Source of the DNA: Clostridiales bacterium
Lineage (GTDB): Bacteria; Bacillota; Clostridia; Clostridiales; Oxobacteraceae
DNA: 64,000 nucleotides
Assembly: GCA_030016385.1 (NCBI GenBank)
Contig: JASEJN010000003.1
Coordinates: 15,048-79,047, forward strand
Direction: 5' to 3'
Made by a program: the position numbers and the translations under genes. Of this stretch, positions 19,487 to 28,447 are shown one piece after another (the first letter of the stretch is position 1; each line of letters starts with the position of its first letter). The notes below the pieces were generated by a model. It was not told the DNA's origin. It saw only the letters and a list, made by a program, of their open reading frames with translations, and made no database searches.

Positions 19487-21208
19487 TTAGTTTATAGGGA
19501 TCACAAGTTCAATAATCGTTCCTATATTGGCCTCGCTTTTCACTCTGAAATCTGCTTTCTCTCCATAATACAAATGGAGTCTATGATACACGTTCAAAAT
19601 TCCGATACCATGTTTCTTCGATGATAGGGGCTGATTTACACTATCTCCTTCTAATGTTTTACGAAGCGATTGCAAAGAAGCATCAGACATCCCGCATCCA
19701 TTGTCAGTAACGGTAATGACAATACTCCCAGCCTTTTTCTCTACGCGAACCTCTACAGCTCCCTTGCCAGGTTTAAGCTTAAGCCCATGAAATACAGCGT
19801 TTTCCACCAATGGCTGTATAAGCATCTTGGGAATTTTTACAGATAACACTTCTCTCCCTGCAGTAACATTCAATTGATACCTCCCCATAAACTGAAATTC
19901 TATAATCCGTGCATATTCCCTAAGATTTTTCAAAACTTCTTCGACAGTTACCCACTCCCCGCCTTTTACATTATAACGGAAAAGATGAGAAAGCAACTGA
20001 GTAAAATCAGCTATTTCCTTTTGCCCATGGTATAATGCCATACCACGAAGGCATTCAAACATGTTATATAAAAAATGCGGATTAATCTGACTCTTATAAG
20101 CAATCAATTCTGACTGTTTCTTTGCATACTCCAATTGCAGATACTTTTTTTGTGATTCCATAATTTTGGCATTAAGCCGCTCAATATCATCCAACATCTG
20201 GTTCATCTTTTCCGCCATTTCGCCAATTTCATTGTGCTCTAAAACGTTAATACGCTGGTTGGTATCTTTTGTATATCTTGCCATAAAAGCTGCCTGCAGT
20301 CTGATTGGCCGAATGATTCGCTTATATACCATAAAACACATAAAAATAGATATGATAATAACAGCCATGTAAGTCATATAGTTCAATCTCTTCATTTGAC
20401 TTATCCCATGTATTAAAGATTTTCTGGGAATCACATTCACTAAATTCCATTGACATTTTTCCAATCGCTTATTGTAAACAATTTCATCAGCTTTCTGCTT
20501 TTCACGTTCTGTTATAGAACAATATTCCTTTTTCCATGCTCCTGCCTTAACTAGCACATTCCCGTTTTGATCCAAAATCGCTATAGTTGCTTCTTTATTA
20601 ATCAAGGATTTGTCTAAAATCTCCTGTAAATTTTTAACATCAAACAATAAAACGACTGTTCCAATATAGTCACAACTTTCTTTTTTATATTCATATACCA
20701 GCATTTCTGTTATAAAATAGTTTACGCCTTGATCATTTATCCTCCCGGAGTAACTAACTAATTTCTGATGTTTAAGGAATTCAGGTTTTGGGATAAATAT
20801 ATCTCCTTTGGATGCAATAAGGTTATCATCTGTGTCATACAATGCAACATTAACTAGATCCTTATTTATCCTACGGTTACTTCCAACCATCAGGTAAAAA
20901 TTATCTAAATATTCAGCTCTAGTAGGATAATCAGACGCTTTCAAAAACGATATCACTGATTCATTATATATAATATTGCTATACATATTATTAATATCTT
21001 CTTCATAAAGTGCCGCCTGATCCTCTGCTTGTCGAAAAATAACTTTACTGGATTCTCTTGACTCTTTCATACTCGAATAGTCTGCAACATCATTTGTAAT
21101 AATAAATGAAACAATTAAAACAAAGAATATTATTAATACAAGTAAAACATACTGTTTCATAAGACTATTCTGTTTTTTCCCAAAAAGCCTATCCATTTCC
21201 CTTAACAT
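19487..21208 (-). CDS. sensor histidine kinase (YesM/LytS-type)
   Basis: N-terminal TM, extracytoplasmic domain, second TM and a HAMP-like segment. His_kinase motif INPHFLYNMFECL. HATPase motifs (ENAVFHG, DNGCGM, GIGILNV). Confidence 0.85.
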   Translation of the reverse strand: MLREMDRLFGKKQNSLMKQYVLLVLIIFFVLIVSFIITNDVADYSSMKESRESSKVIFRQAEDQAALYEEDINNMYSNIIYNESVISFLKASDYPTRAEYLDNFYLMVGSNRRINKDLVNVALYDTDDNLIASKGDIFIPKPEFLKHQKLVSYSGRINDQGVNYFITEMLVYEYKKESCDYIGTVVLLFDVKNLQEILDKSLINKEATIAILDQNGNVLVKAGAWKKEYCSITEREKQKADEIVYNKRLEKCQWNLVNVIPRKSLIHGISQMKRLNYMTYMAVIIISIFMCFMVYKRIIRPIRLQAAFMARYTKDTNQRINVLEHNEIGEMAEKMNQMLDDIERLNAKIMESQKKYLQLEYAKKQSELIAYKSQINPHFLYNMFECLRGMALYHGQKEIADFTQLLSHLFRYNVKGGEWVTVEEVLKNLREYARIIEFQFMGRYQLNVTAGREVLSVKIPKMLIQPLVENAVFHGLKLKPGKGAVEVRVEKKAGSIVITVTDNGCGMSDASLQSLRKTLEGDSVNQPLSSKKHGIGILNVYHRLHLYYGEKADFRVKSEANIGTIIELVIPIN

Positions 21209-21293
21209 ATGGTTTTTGCCTCCCTATGTAGTAAAATGATCGTGGCAGAGCAGATAACGAAATATTATATAAAAAATATTTTCCCCATCGGAC

Positions 21294-22658
21294 CTAATCA
21301 TAATACTTGTCAGCAATAATCCCAGCGGCTTCTTCTATCTTCCCAATGTCCTCCAAAAGCTGCAAAATACCATAGCGTTTTCTTATATCTTTGGCTGCGA
21401 TAAAACTTTTTTTAAAAAGTTCCTTATCGAGGCCTAATTCCGAGGGTTTGTAAACAGCGCCCACATCTTTCAATACATTTCTTACATAATCAGCATCCGG
21501 CAAATTTGAGTCACAAAGTTTCTTTACTTTATCCCATTTATTCACTATATTTTTAACGTTTTCTTCTCTTTCGGTCTCATCAAAACAAATATAGCCTTCC
21601 TTTTCTTTGATGATTTTTGGTGCCGTCCTGCCATAAACTTCGTTAAGATTTTTAATCCATTTATCCCTGCTGAAATGCCTGTATTCTCCCTGTGAATATA
21701 TTTTTTGTATATCAAGACCGCCCGCATATTTATAAGCCTCAATAATAATCCCGACGCCTACTCCTACATTGTTCCCATGCAAATACTCGGGAATTTTGCC
21801 TTCATTCATAAAGATGTTCTCCCAGCAATGGGACAGATGATGCTCTCCTCCCGATGCCGGCCTTGAAGTTTTACACATTCCAATAGCTATTCCGGAAAGA
21901 ATCAATGCTTCTGTTATGCTTTCAATGGCTTTGCTGTCCCTTTCGGGTATTCCCTTTGAATACTTTATGCAATTTCGTAAAGCCTTCATCGTCACTTGCG
22001 CTATTGTATCGCAGAAATACTCACCATTTAAAATCCTGGACAAGTTCCAGTCAGCTAAGGCTGTATATTTGCCCAGAATATCCCCTAATCCGGACTGAAG
22101 CATCTTCATCGGTGCTTCCCTTAAAATATCGATATCGGCTATGATCGCTTGCGGATATACTGCATCCAATGTCGTTTTGACTCCATTTATTATCAATGGG
22201 GACACTACGGAAGCATACCCGTCCATGGAAGGAGCCGTACATACGATTGCATACGGAATACCTGTTTTATAGCTTAAAAACCTGCACAGATCATTTATGG
22301 TTCCGGAACCTATGGCCAGAATAAGCTCAGCATCGTGCGGAATCCCGATAATCATTCTCCCAAGCGCTTTCTCATCCGGCACAAGGCGCTCATCTTCAAA
22401 TACCAATTTAGTTATGCCAAATTTCTTGTTTAACTTCTCCTCGACGATTTTACCGGCTGCTTTATATGTGTTTCTATCTTCGACAATGAAGATGCGCTTA
22501 ACATCAAATTTACTCAGGATATGTTCAATTTCATTTATTACTCCGCTTCCAATTTTTATGTCCTTAATCTCCACACTATGGCTGCGGCCGCACGAGCAGT
22601 CAAAATGTATGCCTGCCATATCTTCCACTTTCAAAGACAATAAATCCACTGTAATCAC
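21294..22658 (-). CDS. iron-containing alcohol dehydrogenase family protein, sn-glycerol-1-phosphate dehydrogenase (AraM)-like
   Basis: GSGTINDL nucleotide-binding motif and the metal-ligand region GGEHHLSHCWE. B. subtilis AraM of the same family is encoded in the ara operon. 454 aa. Confidence 0.65.
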   Translation of the reverse strand: MITVDLLSLKVEDMAGIHFDCSCGRSHSVEIKDIKIGSGVINEIEHILSKFDVKRIFIVEDRNTYKAAGKIVEEKLNKKFGITKLVFEDERLVPDEKALGRMIIGIPHDAELILAIGSGTINDLCRFLSYKTGIPYAIVCTAPSMDGYASVVSPLIINGVKTTLDAVYPQAIIADIDILREAPMKMLQSGLGDILGKYTALADWNLSRILNGEYFCDTIAQVTMKALRNCIKYSKGIPERDSKAIESITEALILSGIAIGMCKTSRPASGGEHHLSHCWENIFMNEGKIPEYLHGNNVGVGVGIIIEAYKYAGGLDIQKIYSQGEYRHFSRDKWIKNLNEVYGRTAPKIIKEKEGYICFDETEREENVKNIVNKWDKVKKLCDSNLPDADYVRNVLKDVGAVYKPSELGLDKELFKKSFIAAKDIRKRYGILQLLEDIGKIEEAAGIIADKYYD

Positions 22659-22713
22659 CTCCCTAAAATAATAAAGTCCAAGCCATCATGTAAGTATATT
22701 TTATTTGTGTTAT

Positions 22714-22812
22714 CTTCGATTCGTAATATGAGCTTATGTTATTTTGAGCACTCATTCGTTGCTCAAAATAACATAAGCCTATTTATACCTGATTTCATAT
22801 TGCGAATCGAAG
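22714..22812. repeat. compound ~100-nt inverted repeat (perfect 19-bp inner stem nested in an 18-bp outer stem)
   Basis: Inner stem: GCTTATGTTATTTTGAGCA (22732-22750), 9-nt loop, TGCTCAAAATAACATAAGC (22760-22778). Outer stem: CTTCGATTCGTAATATGA (22714-22731) pairs with TCATATTGCGAATCGAAG (22795-22812) with one mismatch. It is intercistronic within a co-directional operon and has no adjoining T-run. Confidence 0.8.
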
Positions 22813-22844
22813 TTGTGCCATGAAGCTTCAGTATTTTTATATAT

Positions 22845-23111
22845 TTACCGCCATCTGGATGTTGAAGGATAAGGACAATCCTTATCCTTCAACAATGCCC
22901 TGATCTGTACAATGCATCCGCATTGGCTGCAAGTCGTATCATATTCCATGTACTTACAGCATTTGCACTGCTCAAGCCTTTTTGTATATTCCTCCCCGGA
23001 TATTATATTGAAATTTTTGCTGCTTATAATTTCATCGACCATTTTTTCTATATCCTCTGGAGAAACTCTGACGCTTAAGTTGCAACCTCTGCAATCCCTT
23101 AAATGTTCCAT
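22845..23111 (-). CDS. 88-aa cysteine-rich protein (9 Cys; CxxC, CxCC, CxxCxC motifs), function unknown
   Basis: Cys at 7, 10, 49, 51, 52, 61, 64, 66 and 79. The start lies 2 nt after the abfA ORF end (tight coupling). Possibly the small Cys-rich DUF6171-type family; unverified. Confidence 0.5.
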   Translation of the reverse strand: MEHLRDCRGCNLSVRVSPEDIEKMVDEIISSKNFNIISGEEYTKRLEQCKCCKYMEYDTTCSQCGCIVQIRALLKDKDCPYPSTSRWR

Positions 23112-23113
23112 GA

Positions 23114-24598
23114 TTATTTTATTTCAAGTGTGACAATCGACATAGCAGGGATCGATAACCTCAGCGTGTTATTTTCTACGCTTACATCGTTAAATGATGC
23201 CGGCACGACTTTATCCGGATTTTCAAATGTATTGTGGGCATTCATGCTGTCTGCAGTCAAAATTGTTCCATTTACCGACGCTTCAGTTTTTGCTTTTCCC
23301 CTTAATTCACACTCAACAGGAGCCGCTTTTTCCGGATTCAAATTGCATATCGAAATATGAATCTTTCCATCCTCATCGGAAGAAGCCGTTGCGGAGAGCT
23401 GCGGTATGCTGTCATTTCCATATTCATATTCGGGAGACTGCATATATAACGAAAGCAATTCAGCATCCTGATGAACTTTATACATATCAAATACATGATA
23501 TGTCGGCGTAAGTACTATCTTATCCCCTTCCGTAAGTATTACAGACTGAAGTACGTTTATCGTCTGGGCAATATTGGCCATTCTTACTCTATCACAATGT
23601 TTATTGAATATATTAAAATGTATTCCGGCAACTAAAGCATCTCTCATGGTATTCTGCTGGTACAAAAATCCCGGATTGGTTCCAGGCTCGACATCAAACC
23701 ATGTCCCCCATTCGTCTACAACCAGCGCTACTCTCTTTTGAGGATCATATACATCCATGATAGTGGAATGCCTTGTTATAAGTTCATCCATCTTGTAAGC
23801 TTTTTTCATCGTAACAAACCAATCATTTTCATTGAACTTTGTAGCCGATCCCTTATGGCCCCATGAATCTCCAGGTACAGTATAGTAATGCAAACTTAAT
23901 CCATCCATGAATCTGCCTGCCTGTTTCATAAGGACCTGCGTCCAGTTATAGTCATCAGCGCTTGGACCGCACGCTATCTTGAATATTTTATTTGAGCCGA
24001 AGTTTCTTACATATGACGAATACCTGCGGAAAAGGTCTGCATAATACTCCGGGCGCATATTGCCGCCACAACCCCAGTTTTCATTGCCTACTCCGAAATA
24101 TTTAAGCTTCCACGGCTTACCCCTTCCGTTTTTTGCCCTTAAGTCGGCCAATGGAGATTTACCATCGAATGTCATGTATTCAATCCACTCTCTCATTTCC
24201 CGAACTGTTCCGCTTCCAACATTCCCGCATATATATGGCTCCGCGCCTAAAAGCTCGCATAATTCAAGAAATTCATGAGTTCCAAAATGATTGTTCTCCG
24301 TTACTCCGCCCCAGTGAACATTTACCATTTCAGGTCTGGTTTTATAATCACCTATCCCATTTTTCCAGTGATATTCATCTGCAAAGCATCCTCCCGGCCA
24401 TCTTAAAACCGGAATATTGATCTTCCTCAGAGCCTCGACTACATCCTTTCTTATTCCGTCTATATTTGGTATGTCCGAGTCTTTGCCTACCCAGAAGCCT
24501 CCATAAATGCACCTTCCCAAGTGTTCAGAAAAATTACCGTAAATGTTTTTGTTTATTTTTCCCTTTTTGATATCGGTATTGATGATTATTTTCGGCAT
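23114..24598 (-). CDS. abfA: GH51 intracellular alpha-L-arabinofuranosidase
   Basis: [42 protein letters not shown] (acid/base) and VDEWGTW (nucleophile). 494 aa. GGAGG Shine-Dalgarno upstream. An AraR-type operator sits in the leader. Confidence 0.9.
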   Translation of the reverse strand: MPKIIINTDIKKGKINKNIYGNFSEHLGRCIYGGFWVGKDSDIPNIDGIRKDVVEALRKINIPVLRWPGGCFADEYHWKNGIGDYKTRPEMVNVHWGGVTENNHFGTHEFLELCELLGAEPYICGNVGSGTVREMREWIEYMTFDGKSPLADLRAKNGRGKPWKLKYFGVGNENWGCGGNMRPEYYADLFRRYSSYVRNFGSNKIFKIACGPSADDYNWTQVLMKQAGRFMDGLSLHYYTVPGDSWGHKGSATKFNENDWFVTMKKAYKMDELITRHSTIMDVYDPQKRVALVVDEWGTWFDVEPGTNPGFLYQQNTMRDALVAGIHFNIFNKHCDRVRMANIAQTINVLQSVILTEGDKIVLTPTYHVFDMYKVHQDAELLSLYMQSPEYEYGNDSIPQLSATASSDEDGKIHISICNLNPEKAAPVECELRGKAKTEASVNGTILTADSMNAHNTFENPDKVVPASFNDVSVENNTLRLSIPAMSIVTLEIK

Positions 24599-24622
24599 GC
24601 TAATTCCTCCCCATCAAAATAA

Positions 24623-24640
24623 ATAATGTACGTACAAGTG
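24623..24640. promoter_or_regulatory. AraR-type operator (box 1) in the abfA leader
   Basis: Perfect palindromic core TGTACGTACA at 24627-24636, the core of the GntR-family AraR operator known from Bacillus and Clostridium. It lies just upstream of the abfA Shine-Dalgarno. Confidence 0.7.
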
Positions 24641-24667
24641 TGATAATAGATATGCAGTTTATAATAT

Positions 24668-24683
24668 ATTGTCCATACATTAC
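24668..24683. promoter_or_regulatory. degenerate AraR-type operator (box 2)
   Basis: ATTGTCCATACATTAC; TTGTCCATACAT resembles TTGTACGTACAA with substitutions. Confidence 0.4.
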
Positions 24684-24761
24684 AGCCCTATTTTAATCTT
24701 TTTTATATGATATTTCAATAAAATTATAAATATTTATAAATGAAAATGTTTTCTCAAATAT

Positions 24762-24777
24762 ACTTGTTCATACAATT
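24762..24777. promoter_or_regulatory. AraR-type operator (box 3) overlapping the araR -35
   Basis: TTGTTCATACAA (24764-24775) is an imperfect version of TTGTACGTACAA and overlaps the predicted araR promoter. Confidence 0.5.
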
Positions 24778-24792
24778 TTATGATGCTATAAT
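24764..24792 (+). promoter_or_regulatory. putative sigma-A promoter of araR-araB-araD
   Basis: TTGTTC (24764-24769), 17-nt spacer, TATAAT (24787-24792), about 50 nt upstream of the araR ATG. Confidence 0.5.
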
Positions 24793-24844
24793 TATTATAA
24801 ATGTTAATCTATCCATATTTAATGCATAAGCAGGTGTAACATAC

Positions 24845-25939
24845 ATGGCAAAGATTGAAAAACCAAAATATCAAAAATTGATTGATTATGTTATTGAAAC
24901 AATAAAATCCGGTAAAATTGATGCCGACGAAAAGTTATATTCTGAAAATGAGCTGGCAAAAACATTCGGCATCAGCAGAAACACTGTAAGGCAAGCCCTT
25001 GGTGACCTTGCAAACGAAGGCTGGCTTTATAGAGTCCAGGGGAAAGGCACATTTGTGAGCGGTCGTACGACGTCGGATAAAGATCGTGAAAAATCCAGGA
25101 CAATAGCGGTAGTAACTACTTATATCAACGACTATATTTTTCCTTCAATAATTAGAGGAATAGATAGCATTCTCTCTGTAAACGGATATAATATGATTTT
25201 AAATTGCACTTATAACCAGCATCAGAAAGAGGGCTTATGCCTTGAAAACCTTCTGAATCAAAATATATGCGGCATTATTGTCGAACCCACCAAGAGCGCA
25301 CTGCCAAATCCTAATATCGGCCTGTATAAAAAATTTACCGAACTTCATATACCGATACTGTTTATCCACGGCTGCTATAGGGAGCTTAACTACTCCTATA
25401 TTGTCGAAGACGATGTTGAAGCCGGCTATATAGCTACAAAACATTTGATTGGACTCGACCATAAGAGGATCGCCGGCATTTTTAAAATGGATGATATACA
25501 AGGCCATTTCAGATTTTCCGGATTCCAGAAGGCTCATGCAGAAGCCGGACTTCCAATTTCAGATTCCAGAATAATGTGGTTCGAGACTGATAATCTGGAG
25601 ACAAAATTCAGGAGCAATAACGTTCAACTGGAAAATTTGCTGTCGCAGTGTACGGCTCTTGTCTGCTATAATGATCAAATAGCACTAAAAATTATTGATC
25701 TCTTAAGGGAAAAAGATTTAAAAGTCCCTGAAAATATATCTTTAGTAAGCTTTGATGATTCGGAGCTTGCTTTAGCTTCTGAACCAAAGCTTACGACTGT
25801 TGCTCATCCAAAGGAGGCTTTAGGTAGGGAAGCAGCAAAAGCAATAATCAATATGATTGAGGGTAAAAAAGATTATTATGACCTGAAAATTAAACCTAAA
25901 TTAATTGTACGAAACAGTACGCAAAAATGGGGTGAATAA
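24845..25939 (+). CDS. araR: arabinose-responsive transcriptional repressor AraR (GntR N-terminal wHTH plus LacI/PBP-type sugar-binding domain)
   Basis: The N-terminus LYSENELAKTFGISRNTVRQALGDLANEGWLYRVQGKGTFV is a GntR HTH. The C-terminal ~270 aa are periplasmic-binding-protein-like (IAVVTTY..., VCYNDQIA, SFDD). Divergent from abfA and followed by araB and araD. Confidence 0.85.
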   Translation: MAKIEKPKYQKLIDYVIETIKSGKIDADEKLYSENELAKTFGISRNTVRQALGDLANEGWLYRVQGKGTFVSGRTTSDKDREKSRTIAVVTTYINDYIFPSIIRGIDSILSVNGYNMILNCTYNQHQKEGLCLENLLNQNICGIIVEPTKSALPNPNIGLYKKFTELHIPILFIHGCYRELNYSYIVEDDVEAGYIATKHLIGLDHKRIAGIFKMDDIQGHFRFSGFQKAHAEAGLPISDSRIMWFETDNLETKFRSNNVQLENLLSQCTALVCYNDQIALKIIDLLREKDLKVPENISLVSFDDSELALASEPKLTTVAHPKEALGREAAKAIINMIEGKKDYYDLKIKPKLIVRNSTQKWGE

Positions 25940-25942
25940 AAA

Positions 25943-27622
25943 ATGGATAAAAAGTATACTATTGGAGTCGATTTTGGCACTCAATCCGGAAGAGCGGTAC
26001 TCGTTGACATAGCAACGGGTGAGGAAGTCGCATCTGCTGTAAAAGTATATCCTCACGGAGTCATTGATAAGTACCTTCCTGATGGGCATACTAAACTTCC
26101 TCCCGATTGGGCTCTGCAGCATCCGCAGGATTATCTGGACGTTTTAAGCGAAACTATTCCATCCGTTTTAAAGGAATCCGGCGTTAGGCCGGAGGATGTC
26201 ATCGGCATCGGCATCGATTTCACTGCATGTACAATTCTTCCTACGGATAAAGAAGGAACTCCCCTTTGCTTCTATGAAGAATTTAAATCAAACCCGCATT
26301 CCTATGTAAAACTATGGAAGCATCATGCTGCCCAAGGGGAAGCAAACAGGCTCAACAAAATTGCCGAAGAAAGAGGAGAAGATTTTCTGAAACGTTATGG
26401 CGGAAAAATTTCATCTGAATGGATGATTCCGAAGGTATGGCAGGTCTTGGACGAAGCTCCGGAGATCTATGAAAATGCTGATAAATTTATGGAGGCTGCA
26501 GATTGGATTGTAATGCAACTTACCGGAGTTGAGGCAAGAAACAGCTGTACCGCAGGGTATAAAGCGATCTGGAACAAGCATGAAGGGTATCCTTCAAAAG
26601 AATTTTTCAAGGCTCTCGATCCGCGGCTCGAAAATATTGTAGAGGAAAAGCTGAGTTCAGATATCCACCCAATCGGCTCAAAAGCCGGGGAAATAACCGC
26701 AAAAGCAGCCAGACTTACAGGCTTAAAAGAAGGCACAGCCGTAGCTGTAGCTAATGTTGACGCTCATGTTACGATACCGGCCGTGGGAATAACCGATGAG
26801 GGCAAAATGCTGATGATTATGGGAACTTCAACCTGCCATATACTTCTCGGTACCGAAGAAAAAATGGTGCCCGGCATGTGCGGCGTCGTTGAAGATGGAG
26901 TTATCCCCGGATATTTTGGCTATGAAGCCGGTCAATCCTGTGTAGGCGACCATTTTGAATGGTTCGTTAAAAACTGCGTTCCGGCAAGCTACACAGAAGA
27001 AGCAAGAATAAGGAAAATCGATATACATACGCTTCTTACTGAAAAAGCCTCAAAGCTTAAAGTTGGAGAAAGCGGACTGGTTGCCCTCGACTGGTGGAAC
27101 GGCAACCGCTCAGTGCTTGTTGACGCGGACCTTACAGGAATGATTTTAGGATGCACGCTGCTTACAAAACCTGAAGAAATATATAGGGCTTTGATCGAAG
27201 CTACCGCTTACGGCACAAGGTTGATTGTCGAAACATTTAGAGAAAGCGGAGTCCCCATAAAAGAACTTTATGCCGCCGGCGGAATAGCTGAAAAGAACAA
27301 ACTTATGATGCAAATATATGCCGATGTAACCAACATGGAAATCAGGATTGCAGGCTCAACTCAGGCTCCTGCCTTGGGCTCGGCAATGTTCGGCGCATTG
27401 GCTGCCGGAAGGAACAGAAGCGGTTATGACTCGATAGTTGAAACTGCAAAGCATATGTCCAAGGTAAAGAAAGAATACTTTAAACCAATCCCTGAAAATG
27501 TAAAAATATACGATAAGCTATATGCTGAATACAAAATCCTCCATGATTACTTTGGCAGAGGAGCCAACGATGTCATGAAAAGGCTCAAAAAGATCAAAGC
27601 TGAAGTAACGCAAATCCGATGA
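25943..27622 (+). CDS. araB: ribulokinase
   Basis: FGGY kinase N-terminus [13 protein letters not shown]. 559 aa, similar in size to E. coli AraB. Lies between araR and araD. Confidence 0.9.
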   Translation: MDKKYTIGVDFGTQSGRAVLVDIATGEEVASAVKVYPHGVIDKYLPDGHTKLPPDWALQHPQDYLDVLSETIPSVLKESGVRPEDVIGIGIDFTACTILPTDKEGTPLCFYEEFKSNPHSYVKLWKHHAAQGEANRLNKIAEERGEDFLKRYGGKISSEWMIPKVWQVLDEAPEIYENADKFMEAADWIVMQLTGVEARNSCTAGYKAIWNKHEGYPSKEFFKALDPRLENIVEEKLSSDIHPIGSKAGEITAKAARLTGLKEGTAVAVANVDAHVTIPAVGITDEGKMLMIMGTSTCHILLGTEEKMVPGMCGVVEDGVIPGYFGYEAGQSCVGDHFEWFVKNCVPASYTEEARIRKIDIHTLLTEKASKLKVGESGLVALDWWNGNRSVLVDADLTGMILGCTLLTKPEEIYRALIEATAYGTRLIVETFRESGVPIKELYAAGGIAEKNKLMMQIYADVTNMEIRIAGSTQAPALGSAMFGALAAGRNRSGYDSIVETAKHMSKVKKEYFKPIPENVKIYDKLYAEYKILHDYFGRGANDVMKRLKKIKAEVTQIR

Positions 27623-27644
27623 AGGATGAAAGGAGCTCTTTATA

Positions 27645-28337
27645 ATGCTGGAACAATTAAAGCAGGAGGTTCTTAAAGCCAATCTGGAGCTTCCCAAAAA
27701 AGGTCTTGTCACCTACACATGGGGCAATGTCAGCGGTATAGATAGAGAATCCGGTTTAATAGTTATAAAACCAAGCGGAGTGCCTTATAATGAACTTAAA
27801 TTAGAATATATGGTTGTTTTAGACCTTGACGGCAATAAAGTTGAGGGAAAGCTCAATCCTTCTTCCGATACCCCGACACATCTTGTTATTTATAGAAACT
27901 TTAAGAGAATCGGAGGAATCGTACACACACATTCAAGATGGGCTACCATTTGGGCTCAGGCCGGAAAGAGCATCCCGGCACTCGGGACCACACATGCGGA
28001 CTCCTTTTATGGTGAAATCCCATGCACAAGAAAAATGACTGCTGAGGAAATAACAGGCGAATACGAAAGAGAAACCGGGAATGTCATTGTTGAAACATTT
28101 AATGGCAAAAATCCCATGTATATTCCAGGAGTCCTTATAAATAGCCATGGGCCCTTCACCTGGGGCAAGAATGCACGCGAAGCGGTTTACAATGCAGTCG
28201 TCTTAGAAGAAGTTGCTATGATGGCTTACCATACCCTTTCTTTGGCACCCGGCACAGGCGGCATCGACCAGTCCCTCCTTGACAAACACTTTTTAAGGAA
28301 ACATGGACCCAATGCTTACTATGGACAGGGAAAGTGA
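27645..28337 (+). CDS. araD: L-ribulose-5-phosphate 4-epimerase
   Basis: Class II aldolase/epimerase motifs ([25 protein letters not shown]). 230 aa. Confidence 0.9.
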   Translation: MLEQLKQEVLKANLELPKKGLVTYTWGNVSGIDRESGLIVIKPSGVPYNELKLEYMVVLDLDGNKVEGKLNPSSDTPTHLVIYRNFKRIGGIVHTHSRWATIWAQAGKSIPALGTTHADSFYGEIPCTRKMTAEEITGEYERETGNVIVETFNGKNPMYIPGVLINSHGPFTWGKNAREAVYNAVVLEEVAMMAYHTLSLAPGTGGIDQSLLDKHFLRKHGPNAYYGQGK

Positions 28338-28376
28338 TAACCTCTGCCTCCAAGCATCTGGCCAATAACCATAAAG

Positions 28377-28415
28377 GCGATAGATGCCGTTTTGCATCTA
28401 TCGCTAATTAATTTT
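28377..28415 (+). terminator. Rho-independent terminator of araR-araB-araD
   Basis: GCGATAGATGC, loop CGTTTT, GCATCTATCGC (perfect 11-bp stem), followed by TAATTAATTTT. It sits between convergent genes. Confidence 0.8.
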
Positions 28416-28447
28416 GTCCGTTTATGGATATTTTTATTAAAAAATTG

